Of a stretch of 64,000 bases of DNA, positions 1 to 13,711 are shown piece after piece. This DNA comes from Haliotis rubra (lineage: Eukaryota), in the NCBI RefSeq assembly GCF_003918875.1, contig NW_025765270.1, positions 1-64,000 on the forward strand. Direction: 5' to 3'. The stretch's first letter is position 1. Each line of letters starts with the position of its first letter. Both the position numbers and the translations under genes were made by a program. The notes beneath the pieces were generated by a model, which searched no databases, was not told the DNA's origin, and worked only from the letters and a program-made list of their open reading frames with translations.

Positions 1-3000
1 CCTCGAATCTCTTGGTTTAAAGAAAACATACTCAAAGATGAACTGAACTTATGGGGACGCTGATTTCAGGTCATATTGGAAGTGATGTAGCATGGATTAA
101 GGAGGGTGTTAAATATGCTCGCCCCTTCACATGTGAGGGGATCACGACTCAATACCAGATGGAAGTGTTTTACAAGGTATGCAGGAATACACGCGCACAG
201 CTTCAAAGAACACTATATATGGCAGTGCTAAATTACTGGATTAGAACAGCCATCTAGTTATTTTATGATGGCCCTTTTATCCGTTACCTCACTTTTGCAA
301 CTGTGGCCCAATTAGAGAATTGATCTTCTGCCCAGGTGTGTGCGCCAGTGCCAATTTATGGTTGCGTGAACTCAAGCGAATCACCAGAGCAGAAGAAAAT
401 GCGTAATGCGGGTATTCACCGAATGAGAGCCAAGCCTTGTTGAGATTACTAGGTTTAGAAGCCCCTCCACGCATTAAAACAATTAAAAGTCCAGGCAAAG
501 TAAGCTTGGGCTCCGCAGCGGAGTTATTATTCAAACCGCAAGGGAAGGTGGGTTAATCACATTGTTATCACATGCCCCATTGGCAAAACCTTCCACTGGC
601 AAAACAACTGAAAGTTCAGAGTGGCGCAGAGTTTGGGTTTAGGCGGTAAGTATTCTCAATATAGAAACCATGAAACGCTTAGCCAGAACTATTACGGCGG
701 AATAGAGCTATTGACCTACACGATTCATACGCGCACTATATATATATAACCTTATGAAGGCTTGCTGTAAAACTATTTGAGAGGCTGGCGCGTACATGTT
801 GATAGGAATATAGATATTGCGAATATCAAGCCTCTGATAAGCCCCGATAGAATAAAACCAAGAACTAAAGCGAATCTTGGAAATTATCAAGAGTTTCAGA
901 TCACAGTTAAAATGTCTGGCGCTCGATAAGCAGGCAGAGGAAGGTCAGGGGAGGTCACTGCGTTCAGCGCAGCCTTGCGCTTCCGAGATATTAGGCAAGG
1001 TGTCGAGCCCCATATATAGACCCATAAGACGCATCAATCATTACCAAAGTTTTTCAGCAGATACGAGAATACCTAGAACCGCTACACGCTTGGGGTCACG
1101 GTGGACTGTAAGATAAAATCAATAATGTCTATCTAGACGCAGCTAACTTACATGATGCCATTCAGAGCGGAGTCATGCCTAGACTAACCGCCACCTACTA
1201 TAGGAAAAACATGCCATAGTCAGCATTAGGAATAGGGGAGACGATTGCCTGAGGGTAGCTATCGGGTCAGCCTTGTTTCGGCTGACACTCATTCGAGACA
1301 GGCTTTCTACAGCTATCCCACAGACGATGGGCTCCAGCTGGGATGAAGTATAGATGCCACCCCCATATCCCGAGATAACTAAAATAGAAAAACAGAACCA
1401 ATCACAGCTATAAAATGTCTTTGGAGCACGAAGGTAACTTACAACAATAGTGCACAGGAGCCAGCCCGTTAAGAGGAACCCCAAAGGAAACCTATGTTAT
1501 CAATATATTAAGCATGATCCAGCGAGGGTGACAAGTACCACTACACACTACGGTTCATAACCACTTTAGCAGGCTGTTGTATGCATGACCAATCGGCACA
1601 CAGAGAAAAGACCCGCTTCAGCGAGCTGAGTTGCCATGCATGAAGCTTCTCACGAGCTGATTTACATTAGGAGAATCCCACCGGGAGGATTTACTGCCAA
1701 GGTAATGCAGGGCAGACAGCTACTACGAAGATCGAGCATGCCTAGGAATGGCCGATAACTTATCCACTAAATTCGGTAACCACAAGAACCAGTATACATA
1801 TTGCCTTAACCTGCATGCCATATACCTCAAACTTTGGAAGCCTTGGATTTAAACCTGTTGAGAGGCTACCTTGCCACCGAGAAGCGGGGCGACAATACTC
1901 CAACCACCTCAAAACAGAACATGAAGCCTGTAGGTTTTGGATTACTGTGGTCGTCCGATGTGATGGGAAGCAAAGCTCCGGTAGTGTATAGGGTCCCTGA
2001 CGCACGAAAGGTTTCTTAAGGTCGTAAGAGGCGACTGAGGCGATCGAGTGGTCAGGCTCGCTGACTTGGTTGACACATGTCATCGTATCCAAATTGCGTA
2101 GGTCGATGTTCATGCTGTTGATCACTGGATTGTCTGGTCCAGACTCGATTATTTACAGACCGCCCGCCATAAAGCTGGAATATTGCTGAATGAGGCGTTA
2201 AACAACCAAGCAACCAACCAACGATCGGTGTGACCACCATACTAGCCATCCTGCAGTGTCCAACAGTGTGTGGTTACATCACTCAGTACGGTTTCCTCGC
2301 CCTCAACAGCACTATGGGGACACTTGGCAGCAGTCATCTACCCATACTGGAGGTCGAACTAGAGTGACAAATGAACGATTAACACAGACTATCTCCATAT
2401 GAAAGCGACAAGATATTAAGTATAAGAATAGCACTTGTCAAATCAGTCCCGGCAGAAATGCCAAATAGAAAATGAACTAGACGGACAGTAGAACTGACAA
2501 CGAATCTATCCATCTACTGCTCAATTGGGTCCAAAATGATCTAACCCTGCTCCCTGACCAGGTCATCATGGGCTACGTAAGGACGAGAACTGGCGTGGAC
2601 CACATCCTATCCATCTACTGGCGCCTGGATGTACAAGGACGAGCTACGTGGGGCGGGGCCTACGAAGCAGAAGTATCTGACTGCGGCACGAGAACTTCCA
2701 CCAGAACGGATCCGCGTGGGATTCTCCTGGGATGACAAACAGGCGGGAGAAACGGTGAGTTGTCATGGCAACGTGTTGGTTATGTCTTTACCTTCTCTCA
2801 CGAGGTCAGTGTCTACTGTATGTCAGAAGAATATTCCACAAAATAGTCCGTTTAGCAACACTAGAAGATTTAATAATAATATCTATATACAGTCAAAGCA
2901 AACATTTTCATTTAGTGACAAAGTCAATATGCTAACTTTTCATCGAGTGATGCCAGTTTTGCCGTACATGGCGAATTCCAATTCCGCTCGTCTCAGGTCT

Positions 3001-3676
3001 ACAAAATGTAACAGGCGATCAGGAGTAAACACACAAAATCTGTAAAACACCACACGGTGTCATGGCGGTATCTGCCTCAAAGCCGTCACCGAAACACTGC
3101 AAACGGAAGGTCAAACACCCAACTATGGTTCCAACATCAAAGACACAACCATCCAATGTCCATTTCTTGGTTATTCATCACGTCAAAACGCCATCACACA
3201 TTGGCGTACATTCACTTCGACCGGCTGGTTCGGGGAAACGTTTTTAATCACTTTTTTCAACTCTGTTGGTACTTGTGACACTACCATGAAGTTTACACAG
3301 ATATATTTTGATGTTTAAACACAAACTAGTCCACTAGACACCATATGCCGTTTTGGGGAAGTTGATTCGTGTTCTAGTTACCCTTGTGATGCCGTGGATA
3401 ATGCTGGAATACTGCTCAAAAGCAGCATAAAACCATACTCACCCACTCGTGTTACTCCTTGTGAAGCCCATATCTGGTGTCCCTCCGTGGTATTGCTAGA
3501 ATATTGCTAAAAGCGGCATAAAACCATACTCACTCACTCGTGTCTCTCCTTGTTCAGGTGTTGCTGTACAAGCTGACCAAGAAGGACAAGTACAAGCAGG
3601 ACATTGTCCAGACCTTCCTGGACTGGATGCCCGGCGGCTCGATCCCATACACCCCAACGGCCTCGCCTACAGACTG

Positions 3677-4742
3677 CAGTGGGGAGCCATCCGATATGCC
3701 AGTACGTACATTTCCACCCTGATACAACAATCCACTATAGTGGGGAGCCATCCGTGGGATATGCCAGTACGTACATTCCATTCTGATACAACAATCAACA
3801 GTAGTGGGGAGCCATCAGATATGCCAGTACGTACATTCCACCTGATACAACAACCCACAGCAGTGGGGAGCCATCAGATATGCCAGTACGTACATTCCAC
3901 TCTGATACAACAACCCACACAGTGGGGAGCCATCAGATATGCCAGTACGTACATTCCACCTGATACAACAACCCACTACAGTGGGGTAGCCATCAGATGC
4001 CAGTACGTACGTACATTCCACTCTGATACAACAACCCACTACATGGGGAGCCATCAGATATGCCAGTACGTACATTCCACTCTGATACAACAACCCACTA
4101 CAGTGGGGAGCCATCAGATATGCCAGTACGTACATTCCACTCTGATACAACAACCCACTACAGTGGGGAGCCATCAGATATGCCAGTACGTACATTCCAC
4201 TCTGATACAACAACCCACTACAGTGGGGAGCCATCAGATATGCCAGTACGTACATTCCCCCTGATACAACAACCCACTACAGTGGGGAGCCATCAGATAT
4301 GCCAGTACGTACATTCCACTCTGATACAACAACCCACTACAGTGGGGAGCCATCAGATATGCCAGTACGTACATTCCACCCTGATACAACAACCCACAGC
4401 AGTGGGGAGCCATCAGATATGCCAGTACGTACATTCCACCCTGATACAACAACCCACTGTAGTGGTGAGCAATCAGATATGCCAGTACGTACATTCCACT
4501 CGGTGAGGTATGCCATCAGATACATGCCAACCCACTGATACAACAAGCCCTTGTGGTGAGCCATCAGATATGCCAGTACGTACATTCCACTCTGATACAA
4601 CAACCCACTACAGTGGGGAGCTATCAGATATGCCAGTACGTACATTCCACTCTGATACAACAACCCACTACGGTGGGGAGCTATCAGATATGCCAGTACG
4701 TACATTCCACTCTGATACAACAATCCTCTCTCTGAGGGAGCC
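3677..4742. repeat. Same 60-bp exon-8/donor minisatellite in the duplicate copy, ~18 units
   Basis: Same unit as 27540-28910. Confidence 0.95.
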
Positions 4743-5962
4743 CTAACACTTACTTTTGTACCGACAATAGGTATATGGCGGGTGCTACGGTAGAGTAAGA
4801 CATGCTAACCCTTACCCCAAAATAACTGATCAAAACCTTTAGCAGAAACTCTGAAAATTGTCTTACAAGCAGCAAGTCATCACCAGTCTACGTCTCGACC
4901 GCGGGATGGCATGTTTCGCGTGACCATAAAGGGGTATTTAGAACAGGTGCAGAGACGGGTCACTGTCTACGTGTTCTTGAAATGCTAACCCCTGAAGCAG
5001 ACCTCAAGGATGAATGTTATTATTTGCCCAAACTAGCAATCGATGATGGAGATATCGAAGATATGACTCAATAATCTGCCTTAATCATAAACCAGAATCC
5101 CTCGACCACTTCAACAGGCTTGGTACGATGAGTATGCCCACTGTAGTACTTACCTGGGTCATCCTTATTATGATTTAGGGTGAAGGGGATAGCTTAGTTG
5201 TTAAACCGTTCGCTCGTCACGCCGAAAAGTAGGGTTCGATTCCCTACATGGGTTCAATGTGTGAAGCCTATTTCTGGTGTCCCCTGTCGTGACATGGCAG
5301 GAACATTGCTGAAAGCCAAATTCACTCACTGGTGTTCCATGTAGATAAGGGTCAAGAGTGGCCCTATCTATCTTTTGATGTGCGTACCTGAAATGAGTCA
5401 AACCATTGATAGAGGGTTCGAACCCTGTTTCGCCTATATTACTTTTCCAGGGTATCAAACGATTACCCCTAAATTACTTGGCGCCTTCAACAGCATCCAT
5501 CTACTGTGATTCACACAGTTCAAAACCCTTTCAATTTCTCTGCAGTTAACATGGCGTTCATTGCACTGATGGCAGCAGAAGAAGGCCTCAGTGCTGCGGC
5601 GTACAGGAAGTGGGCTATGAGTCAGGTTCACTTCGCACTGGGAGATGCTGGCCACAGCTACGTTGTTGGATTCGGAAAGAACCCCCCTCAACGCCCCCAC
5701 CACAGGGGAAGGTAAGTTACAGATGGGTCTATACCCCTCAACGCCCCCACCACAGGGGAAGGTAGGTTACAGATGGGTAGTGGGTAGGGAAATCTACCTG
5801 GTTCATCTGTTGCTCACTAATATGTACATTTCCAATTTAAATTGAGCAAATGGATAAATATGTAAATATAAAGTTACATGTTTCAACTACCACATGAGGC
5901 ACTTAGAAATATAAATGAAGCTATTTCTTTTGTTGATAAGTCATATTTACCTATCCTTCTAA

Positions 5963-6356
<394 letters not shown>

Positions 6357-7783
6357 AAAGACCCTTGTTCGATTCCCTCATTCATTACGTGAGAAATCAA
6401 TGTCCTATATCTACCGCCACAGTAATGATGGAAGTTTACTCAAATCGGTATGAAACCAATTTTGGTCACTCAGTGATAAGCCTGGTGTTTCAGTTAAAAA
6501 CCATCCTATTTTTCTACAGGGTATTTTCTGCCTATCCTCTCTGGTGTTTATGTGAGTGATTCTTTGACATAAGGAATGTAGTGAGGTGATGTATAATGGA
6601 GAGTTGTGGTAACACGTGTATGCATCCATAAGGAATGTATTTTCTATTGTTTCAGCTCTGAAATCGCTGTACTTGAGGAAGCTATACCCGAACTAAACTC
6701 AACATACTTGTTTACATTATCATGGAATAAATACTATACACTTGTACACTTCTAATCCGAGTCATCTCTTTTTTGACACTTTAGATAACAATCCTCTGAT
6801 ACTGTCAATGTGCCTACGTTCTTATATAGAGCCAGACTTGCAGGCGTATAGTCTTTGACGGAGTCGTATTTGTCTGCTTTCTGACACAGTCATAGAAACA
6901 ACACTGAAGCAATATAAAACATCCCTCTGGTGCTGTGTGTAGGGAAGGCAAGCGTTCTTAAGGCAGAACAGTGTGCTGTGATCGTATCCTCAAGCAACCG
7001 GGTTGTTTTCAGCCTATAGACACAACGTTTACAGGTTTTAGGGTGTTGTCACTTCCGGGGTGTACAGTACATATAATATCCTCAGACGGACAGTACACAG
7101 GTGGCAGAGTCTTTTTTGTGGCAAGGGACTTAGTTCAAACGTGCCTCTGTTCACCGGCAGATAATGGTACTAGAGATTGTGGGGTAAAATCTCCGAAGCT
7201 AGTAGAGAATGATATGTGGAATGCATGCGTATACACCACATGTGGGCCGTTTCTAGAACCTGGACGATACAACAATGACTTGGTTATAAAACGTTAGTCA
7301 TAAAACCCAGCGGTATGCTGATCACAATTCTTACACATGGAACGCAGCTTTAAAGATCATGTGAATTTATGAAGATAAAATTCGGTACGGAGGTTTAATT
7401 ATTATCTATCGATCGATGTAATCTGGCAATGTTATAATGTAATGTCAGAGAATAGCGATTCCATTGGGAGTAAAAGGCAAATTATTTGAAAATGAATTAA
7501 ATGGATCACTGGTCTGGGTTTTGTACAAAGGCGTCTCGTAGATTCTTGGATATTATCAACGTTACAGCAATACCATATTATGAAGATATTTCGATAGATT
7601 TATGCAGTTCGGGATATATGAAAAATCAGAAAAGGCGTTGCTTAAGATGATTTCCGGGTATGTGTGTTTTGCTGGCTTTTTGGTTTGCTCTGAAACTGAC
7701 CGCTAGATGGCATCTTTCGATTTATTATACGGTCAGCTTTGCCGTTTTATACATGCTTCAAAATTGCTTTATTATCAACACAC

Positions 7784-8809
7784 CTGCCGTCGATGCGTGC
7801 ATGCCGGCGTTGTAGTCGCACGCCACCTCGTTCTTCACGTAGTCCATTCTGCTGTCGGTGTAGTCGTCGCCCTGACCTGGGCCGCCCTCCATGGCGCCGT
7901 ACAGGGTGTGTGGGTTAGGGCCTTTGTTAAGCTGGGCGTCCCATCCACATGGCGCCGGCAGCATCGGACAGGAACTGGTTGAAGGAAGCATGGAAAACTT
8001 TCATGTAGCAGATAGACACGTCCATATCATAATATAAAATGTCAAAAAATTCCTAGAAAATTTCATTTTCAAGAAGTGACCAGCCAGGTGAACAATATTG
8101 TTATACGACAACATTTTTATACGTGATGATGAAGTTTGTGATTAATGTGGAAGTTTGTTGCATTCCCAAACCAAACATTCATGTTTCAGACATACAGTCA
8201 CGAGAACAAGTATACATATATACAATGAACACTGAGAATGTACAAACCTCGCTCGGTGATGTGGCTTCACGGGAGGGTTGACACCAAATCCGACAATATA
8301 GCTCCTTCCGGTGTCTCCGTAGGCGTAATGCAACTGCGACATCGCCCACTTCCGGTATTCCTCTGTGTGGAGGCCGTTGTCCGCGGCGACGAGGGCGATG
8401 AAAGCCGTGTTGGCTGGAAGTGACATGAGTGAGTGAATGGTGAGGCTCTTTAAACGGAATTAGTGTATTGATATACCACACCGAATATATTCACGTTTAT
8501 TCAAACCTTCTGCTATACCACTGTAAATCTAGGTTTCGCTTAAATAAACGCATTTGTGAAACGATAAACCATTTGTAACTGCCCCGCTACGCGAGATAGA
8601 TATTATGTCCTTTAACTGATCGCTATCTGTGCAACACAGATCATACGAACATGATGTTACAAACAGGCATATCTGAGCGCTCCCCACTGTAGTCTGAACG
8701 CCATGCACTTGGGACTGTAGGGGACATCTCCACCGGGAAGCCACATCGTGAACGTGTCCTCGATGTCCTTCTTGTATATGTCCTTCTTGGTCTCCTCATA
8801 CAGCAGCAT
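7784..8809 (-). pseudogene. Partial copy of gene B (GH9 exons 8-10 only)
   Basis: Exons 8809-8665, 8413-8248 and 7974-7784 match 36486-35461. MVGGP has become MEGGP. The last exon and polyA signal are removed by a ~600-bp deletion at ~7326. Upstream exons are absent (homology ends at 9392). Confidence 0.8.
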
Positions 8810-9408
8810 CTGAAGGACGAGGACATTGTGTAGGTAAAGATTTAGGATCATCTGCTGACGTGTACGCAGAGTGGAGTGAGTGAGTGAATGACAGTCATAC
8901 TTGTATAATAATTGAGTGAGTTAGTTTTACGCCGCTTTCAGCAAAATTCCAATAATGGCTCATGGCACGATGCACTAGAAATGGACTTTACACTTTGTAC
9001 CCAAGTGGAGAATCGAACCCGGGTCTTCAGCGTGGCGAGGGAACCACTATGCTACCCCACCGCCCCTCTCATTTCTTTGAATTTTTATTTCAGAGTATAC
9101 TAAAACGAGCAACATGCACTGGTGAAAAATATATACACATATTCATTGCATACTGAGAATGTATCCACATGGCGACTGTTATCCATGGAACTAAATATGC
9201 CGGTGAAGGTTGATGATAATTTTTAATCATTTCATTCAGATTACATTATCCACACACTGGATGTTATATAATGGACCTGCATTCACCTATGACGGATGTA
9301 GAGGATACATTAAGACTGTATACCAGGTTTATATCCACGGAAACGGTAATATACTATTTACACTACCACCCCGTGATATCCATGTACTGTTCAAAGTGGC
9401 GGTAAATA

Positions 9409-10913
9409 TACTAGGCACATAAAGAAACTGTGCATACAAAAATTTAAAATCTAAATTAATCAAACCTGTGTAGACACATAAGGATTTAAACTCAGAGATT
9501 AGTGACATGTATCCAACATGCATGCGCGTTCCGTGACGTCAGTGGGTTCGTCCTTGAGACGTGCAATACGTTGTTGCACGTGCATTCCGGGAAAGAGAAA
9601 CAGAGCAAATGAATGCCACACAATACTGTCACTTTGGAAAGCTCAACCCCTGCCCTTGCGATCGTTCAAACAATTAAACGGTTATTGAAACGCATAGCAT
9701 GGCAGGGCACACGTCTGCACAACGTCATGAGGCCATTGGGATCGTCCGTGGGGGAATGTCTCAACGACAAGTGGCTGCACATTTCAACTGCCACCGGAAC
9801 ACCATTTCTGCACTGGTGAGACGCTACCAGAACACAAATGACGTCATCGATCGGCCACGTTCTGGACGTCCACGTGTAACAACGCCAAGACAGGATATAT
9901 GGATAAGGGTGACCCATCTTCGCCACAGGTTTCAGACTGCAGTGATGACTGCCCGAACCATCCCAGGAATTCGCCGTATCCACCCCAACACAGTTCGACA
10001 ACGTTTACGTCATCACGGGATCAGACCACGACGTCCCGCCATACGGCCTATCCTGACACAACGTCATCGACAAACTCGCCGAATGTGGTGCCGAAATCAT
10101 GTCCGCAGACCCTTGTTTTGGTGGAGAAATGTTGTTTTTACAGATGAGTCCAGGTTTAACATTTCCCATAGTGATGGACGTCAACGTGCCTATAGACGCG
10201 TGGGAGAACGTTATGCACAGGCCTGTGTCTTGGAGAGGAATCGCTTTGGTGGTGGTTCCGTGATGATTTGGGGTGGAATAACAGCACGCCAAAGAACTCC
10301 TTTGGTGATTGTTCAGGGCAACTTAACTGGTGTGGGCTACAGGGATCAGATTCTTCGACCTGTGGCAATTCCTTTTCTGCAACGTCATGGCCCTGGGTTA
10401 ACATTCCAACAGGACAATGCCCGCCCTCATACGGCAAGGGTTGCTATGGATTTCTTGCAACACCACAACGTTGACTTACTGCCTTGGCCTGCAAATTCAC
10501 CGGATCTCTCCCTGATAGAGCATGTTTGGGACGAGATGGATCGACGTCTATGCCGTCTTCCTCATCCGCCAGATAACGTCCTTGACCTTGCAACAGAACT
10601 TGAGAGAATCTGGCGTGACATCCCACAAGCCTTCCTTGCACGTTTGATAGGTTCTATGCGTCGTCGATGCACTGCTGTTCTCAATGCCGATGGTGGACAT
10701 ACCCGTTATTGAGCTTGTGACATGGCCGTTTGACCCCTGTCCCGCTTGTGGACTCGTGACGTCATTGTGATTGACTTTTCAATTGAAATTCTCCCGACTT
10801 GTTATGGTCTCAGGATCCCTCCATTAAAGTTTATATGAACCTTTGACATTGTTATCGTACTTATCAACTGGGATAATATTTTGACAATGCATAGTTTCTT
10901 TATGTGGCTAGTA
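9409..10913 (+). mobile_element. Full-length Tc1-family DNA transposon (1505 bp)
   Basis: ~27-bp TIRs (tactaggcacataaagaaactgtgcat / atgcatagtttctttatgtggctagta), TA target duplications at 9407-9408 and 10914-10915, and an intact transposase ORF. Confidence 0.93.
9699..10712 (+). CDS. Tc1-like transposase, DD34E, 337 aa
   Basis: N-terminal HTH with GRPR, then VFTDESRF, VMIWGGI, FQQDNARPH and WPANSPDLSLIEHVW. There are 34 residues between the second D and the E. Confidence 0.95.
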   Translation: MAGHTSAQRHEAIGIVRGGMSQRQVAAHFNCHRNTISALVRRYQNTNDVIDRPRSGRPRVTTPRQDIWIRVTHLRHRFQTAVMTARTIPGIRRIHPNTVRQRLRHHGIRPRRPAIRPILTQRHRQTRRMWCRNHVRRPLFWWRNVVFTDESRFNISHSDGRQRAYRRVGERYAQACVLERNRFGGGSVMIWGGITARQRTPLVIVQGNLTGVGYRDQILRPVAIPFLQRHGPGLTFQQDNARPHTARVAMDFLQHHNVDLLPWPANSPDLSLIEHVWDEMDRRLCRLPHPPDNVLDLATELERIWRDIPQAFLARLIGSMRRRCTAVLNADGGHTRY

Positions 10914-11872
10914 TATATAATTTGTTATTTCCAAACAATTTCTTAAACTGTAATAACTGCAGAGTTGAAGTCGTTTGGAAACTTCTTGAAAACTCTTGCT
11001 AACATTACACAATGCCATTTAGAAAGTGGTCAAATGTAAAATATGTACAAATTCTAGTACCTTGTTGGGTTGAGCCCCACCCGGGACTCGAACCCACCCC
11101 TGTTGCTAACAGTTCCTTGAAAATCGTTTAAATCATAAACTTTTTTTTAGAAGATTTATCCAATGTTTTTAACAAAATGAAGCTCGAATATATTTGATAA
11201 CTGGTTCACTGTTGGTTTTGTAACCGCCCTGCTCGTGATATCACCCTCTCCGGATGTCATGAAAATAAACAAAAAACAAAACAACGTCAACAGTTCATCC
11301 TAACATCCCTCATCAACGCCAAAGACTGTCAGTAGAACAAACCGAGTCATTGTTGTCACAGACTAAAATATGTACCTGGGTTCACGACCAACCATGAACA
11401 CCGGGTGTTACATAAATCTGCAGTCAGCAAAGCCTCGTCGTGGTCAATATGAAGTTAATGCTCCCGTCGCACTCTCATCCGGTTTGTGTATGCTGGAGGA
11501 TAAGCTAAGCTGATATTAGCACAATGAGAGTAGTGTACCTGTGGCTGTCACAATATATGTCATTAATAGTGTGTTGATAGAGATACTCGATATTGGTCTA
11601 CAGGGGAAGCTTGTTCATCCAGATGGTTCAATCCACTGCTGGATCAGGATGGCAAGTGGCTTTACATGTCTCTGAGCGTATTGACAGTTGTAGCACATGT
11701 ACTGGTCTTTTGAAGAGACAGAACTCCGAGCCATGACCCAAACATACCCCATCGCCTATCAGTATCACCATACGCTACCTGTCAGCCATCACTGAGAACA
11801 AAGCCAGCACAGATGTCACCTTTTCCAGCGGCAAGGCTTTCAACACCCATCTGCGGGCCATTGTCACAAGCA

Positions 11873-12104
11873 CCAAGATCCGGGTATGAATTGGTCTTCA
11901 GCAACCCATGCTTGTCGTAAGAGGCGACTAACGGGATAGGGCTCTCTGACTTGGTTGACACATGTCATCGTGTCCGAATTAGATCGGTGCTTATGCTGTT
12001 GATCACTTGATTGTTTGGTCCAGACTCGATTATTACAGACCACCGCCATATAGATGGAATATTGCTGAGTGCGGCGTTAAACCAAAACCCAACCAACCAA
12101 ACCA
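11873..12104 (+). mobile_element. Short retroposon family 2
   Basis: Same consensus, slightly 5'-truncated. Confidence 0.8.
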
Positions 12105-13550
12105 ACTCTATTAATTCCATTACCAATCAGTGCTTATGACCGATCAGAATAATTTACTTGTGGCTTCCATTTGTATATTGTTATTATCATACAGCATTAA
12201 ATAATAATTGGGTCAAACTTTGTCATCTTGTTACTTGTGTTTTCTCACATATACATGTAGAAGCTCTTTTTGTACCCTATCATCCATTCACTTCTAAAGA
12301 AGTTGTTATCCATAAAGTTTGTCTATTTTGTATCATCCATTCAGCTGATGAAGGAGAAAGAATTTAGTCCGAAACCTTGTGTTTCTTATATGAACGCAGT
12401 TGACATCCAAACAATGTATCTGATAAGTATGCACGTCCAGGATTTGCCACTCCCACACAAGCTGCTGAATAGATTTCAAATTTGACGACAACCAGCAACC
12501 ACCAGCAACCACCAGATTCAAGAACAGAATGTTGACAATCCAGGGTATCGCTTTGTGACAGAGAACATATAATTAGAATTAAAACCATGATCTGAAATGT
12601 TTGACCTCGCATGATTTTAGTTGATCTTGTCTGGCTGGCCAGATAATACGTTATTTCTGTTCTGCTCTTGGGACAACAAAACTCCTGATAAGATCTGACC
12701 TTGGTCAACAGCCTCCACAAAGATGATGTACCTATTTCCTTTCTATACATCTCGTCTAGGATTGCTGGGAATTGACATTTGCTAAAGGTTAAGATCACAA
12801 AGGTGGAAATTACCAGTGCATATAGGCAGAGATACCGACGGATAGAAAACGACCACCCATTGCAAATTTCATGATGTACATAACATTAATACTAAACGAT
12901 GCATTACAGTCTTATGCAAGAAGTGAACAGTTAATTCAATCAGTTAAAACTCAAGACAAAATACCATGCCTGTATTAAATGCTGTCTGGTACAACACCTA
13001 GGTAATGTTTGAAATTGTCAGGTAGGGAAGAGTGAGTGTCTATGGTTTTACGCCGCTTTTTGCAATATTCCAGCAATATCACGGTGGGGGGACACCAGAA
13101 ATGGGCTTCACATTGCACCCATGTCGGGAATCGAACCCGAGACTTTGGCAGGCATGAAATAGCCCGGGCTACCTCCACACTGTTTACCTGTCAGTAACTC
13201 GTATCAAAATGAGAATAACATCGGTTCAGTCCAAAGTAATGAATATCTTTCAAATTCGATACTTCCATAGTTATTTGGCGTATGATCAACGGTTGTATGT
13301 ACCTAGATGGTCAACTAGATTAGTACCTCGACTTGTATTGAACCTGTATTCGATTTTGGTTTCCAAACAGCAGACTTATTTTTCCCTTTCATTCCAAAAT
13401 TTTGCAAATCACCTGATTGACAAGAACGAACATAGCAGGGGCCTGCATGGGCCTTGTCAGGGTTGAGTAAATAGATAACGATGGCATAACTACAAGAAGG
13501 ACTCCAGAAATTCTAATTTCGTCATATGTAATTAGGCGATGTTATTGAGT

Positions 13551-13711
13551 GAGTGAGTTGGGTTTTACGCCCCTTTTAGCAATATTCCAGCAATATCACG
13601 GCGGGGGACACCAGAACAAGGGCTTCACATAGTGTGCCCATGTGGGGAATCGAACCTGGGCCTTAGGCGCGACGAGCAAACGCTTCAACCACTAGGCTAC
13701 CCCACCGCCCC
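13551..13711 (-). mobile_element. SINE family 1
   Basis: Full length; TSD cgatgttattgag. Confidence 0.85.

Noticed and set aside
3554-4746. Many repetitive ORFs (MPVRTFHSDTTTHYSGEPSD, MYVLAYLMAPH), also at 27466-28917
   Set aside because: These are translations of the intronic 60-bp minisatellite, with frames switching at unit indels. Not genes.
12364-12798. 144-aa minus-strand ORF beside a Penelope-like terminal fragment
   Set aside because: No recognisable RT or GIY-YIG motif, so it cannot be supported.
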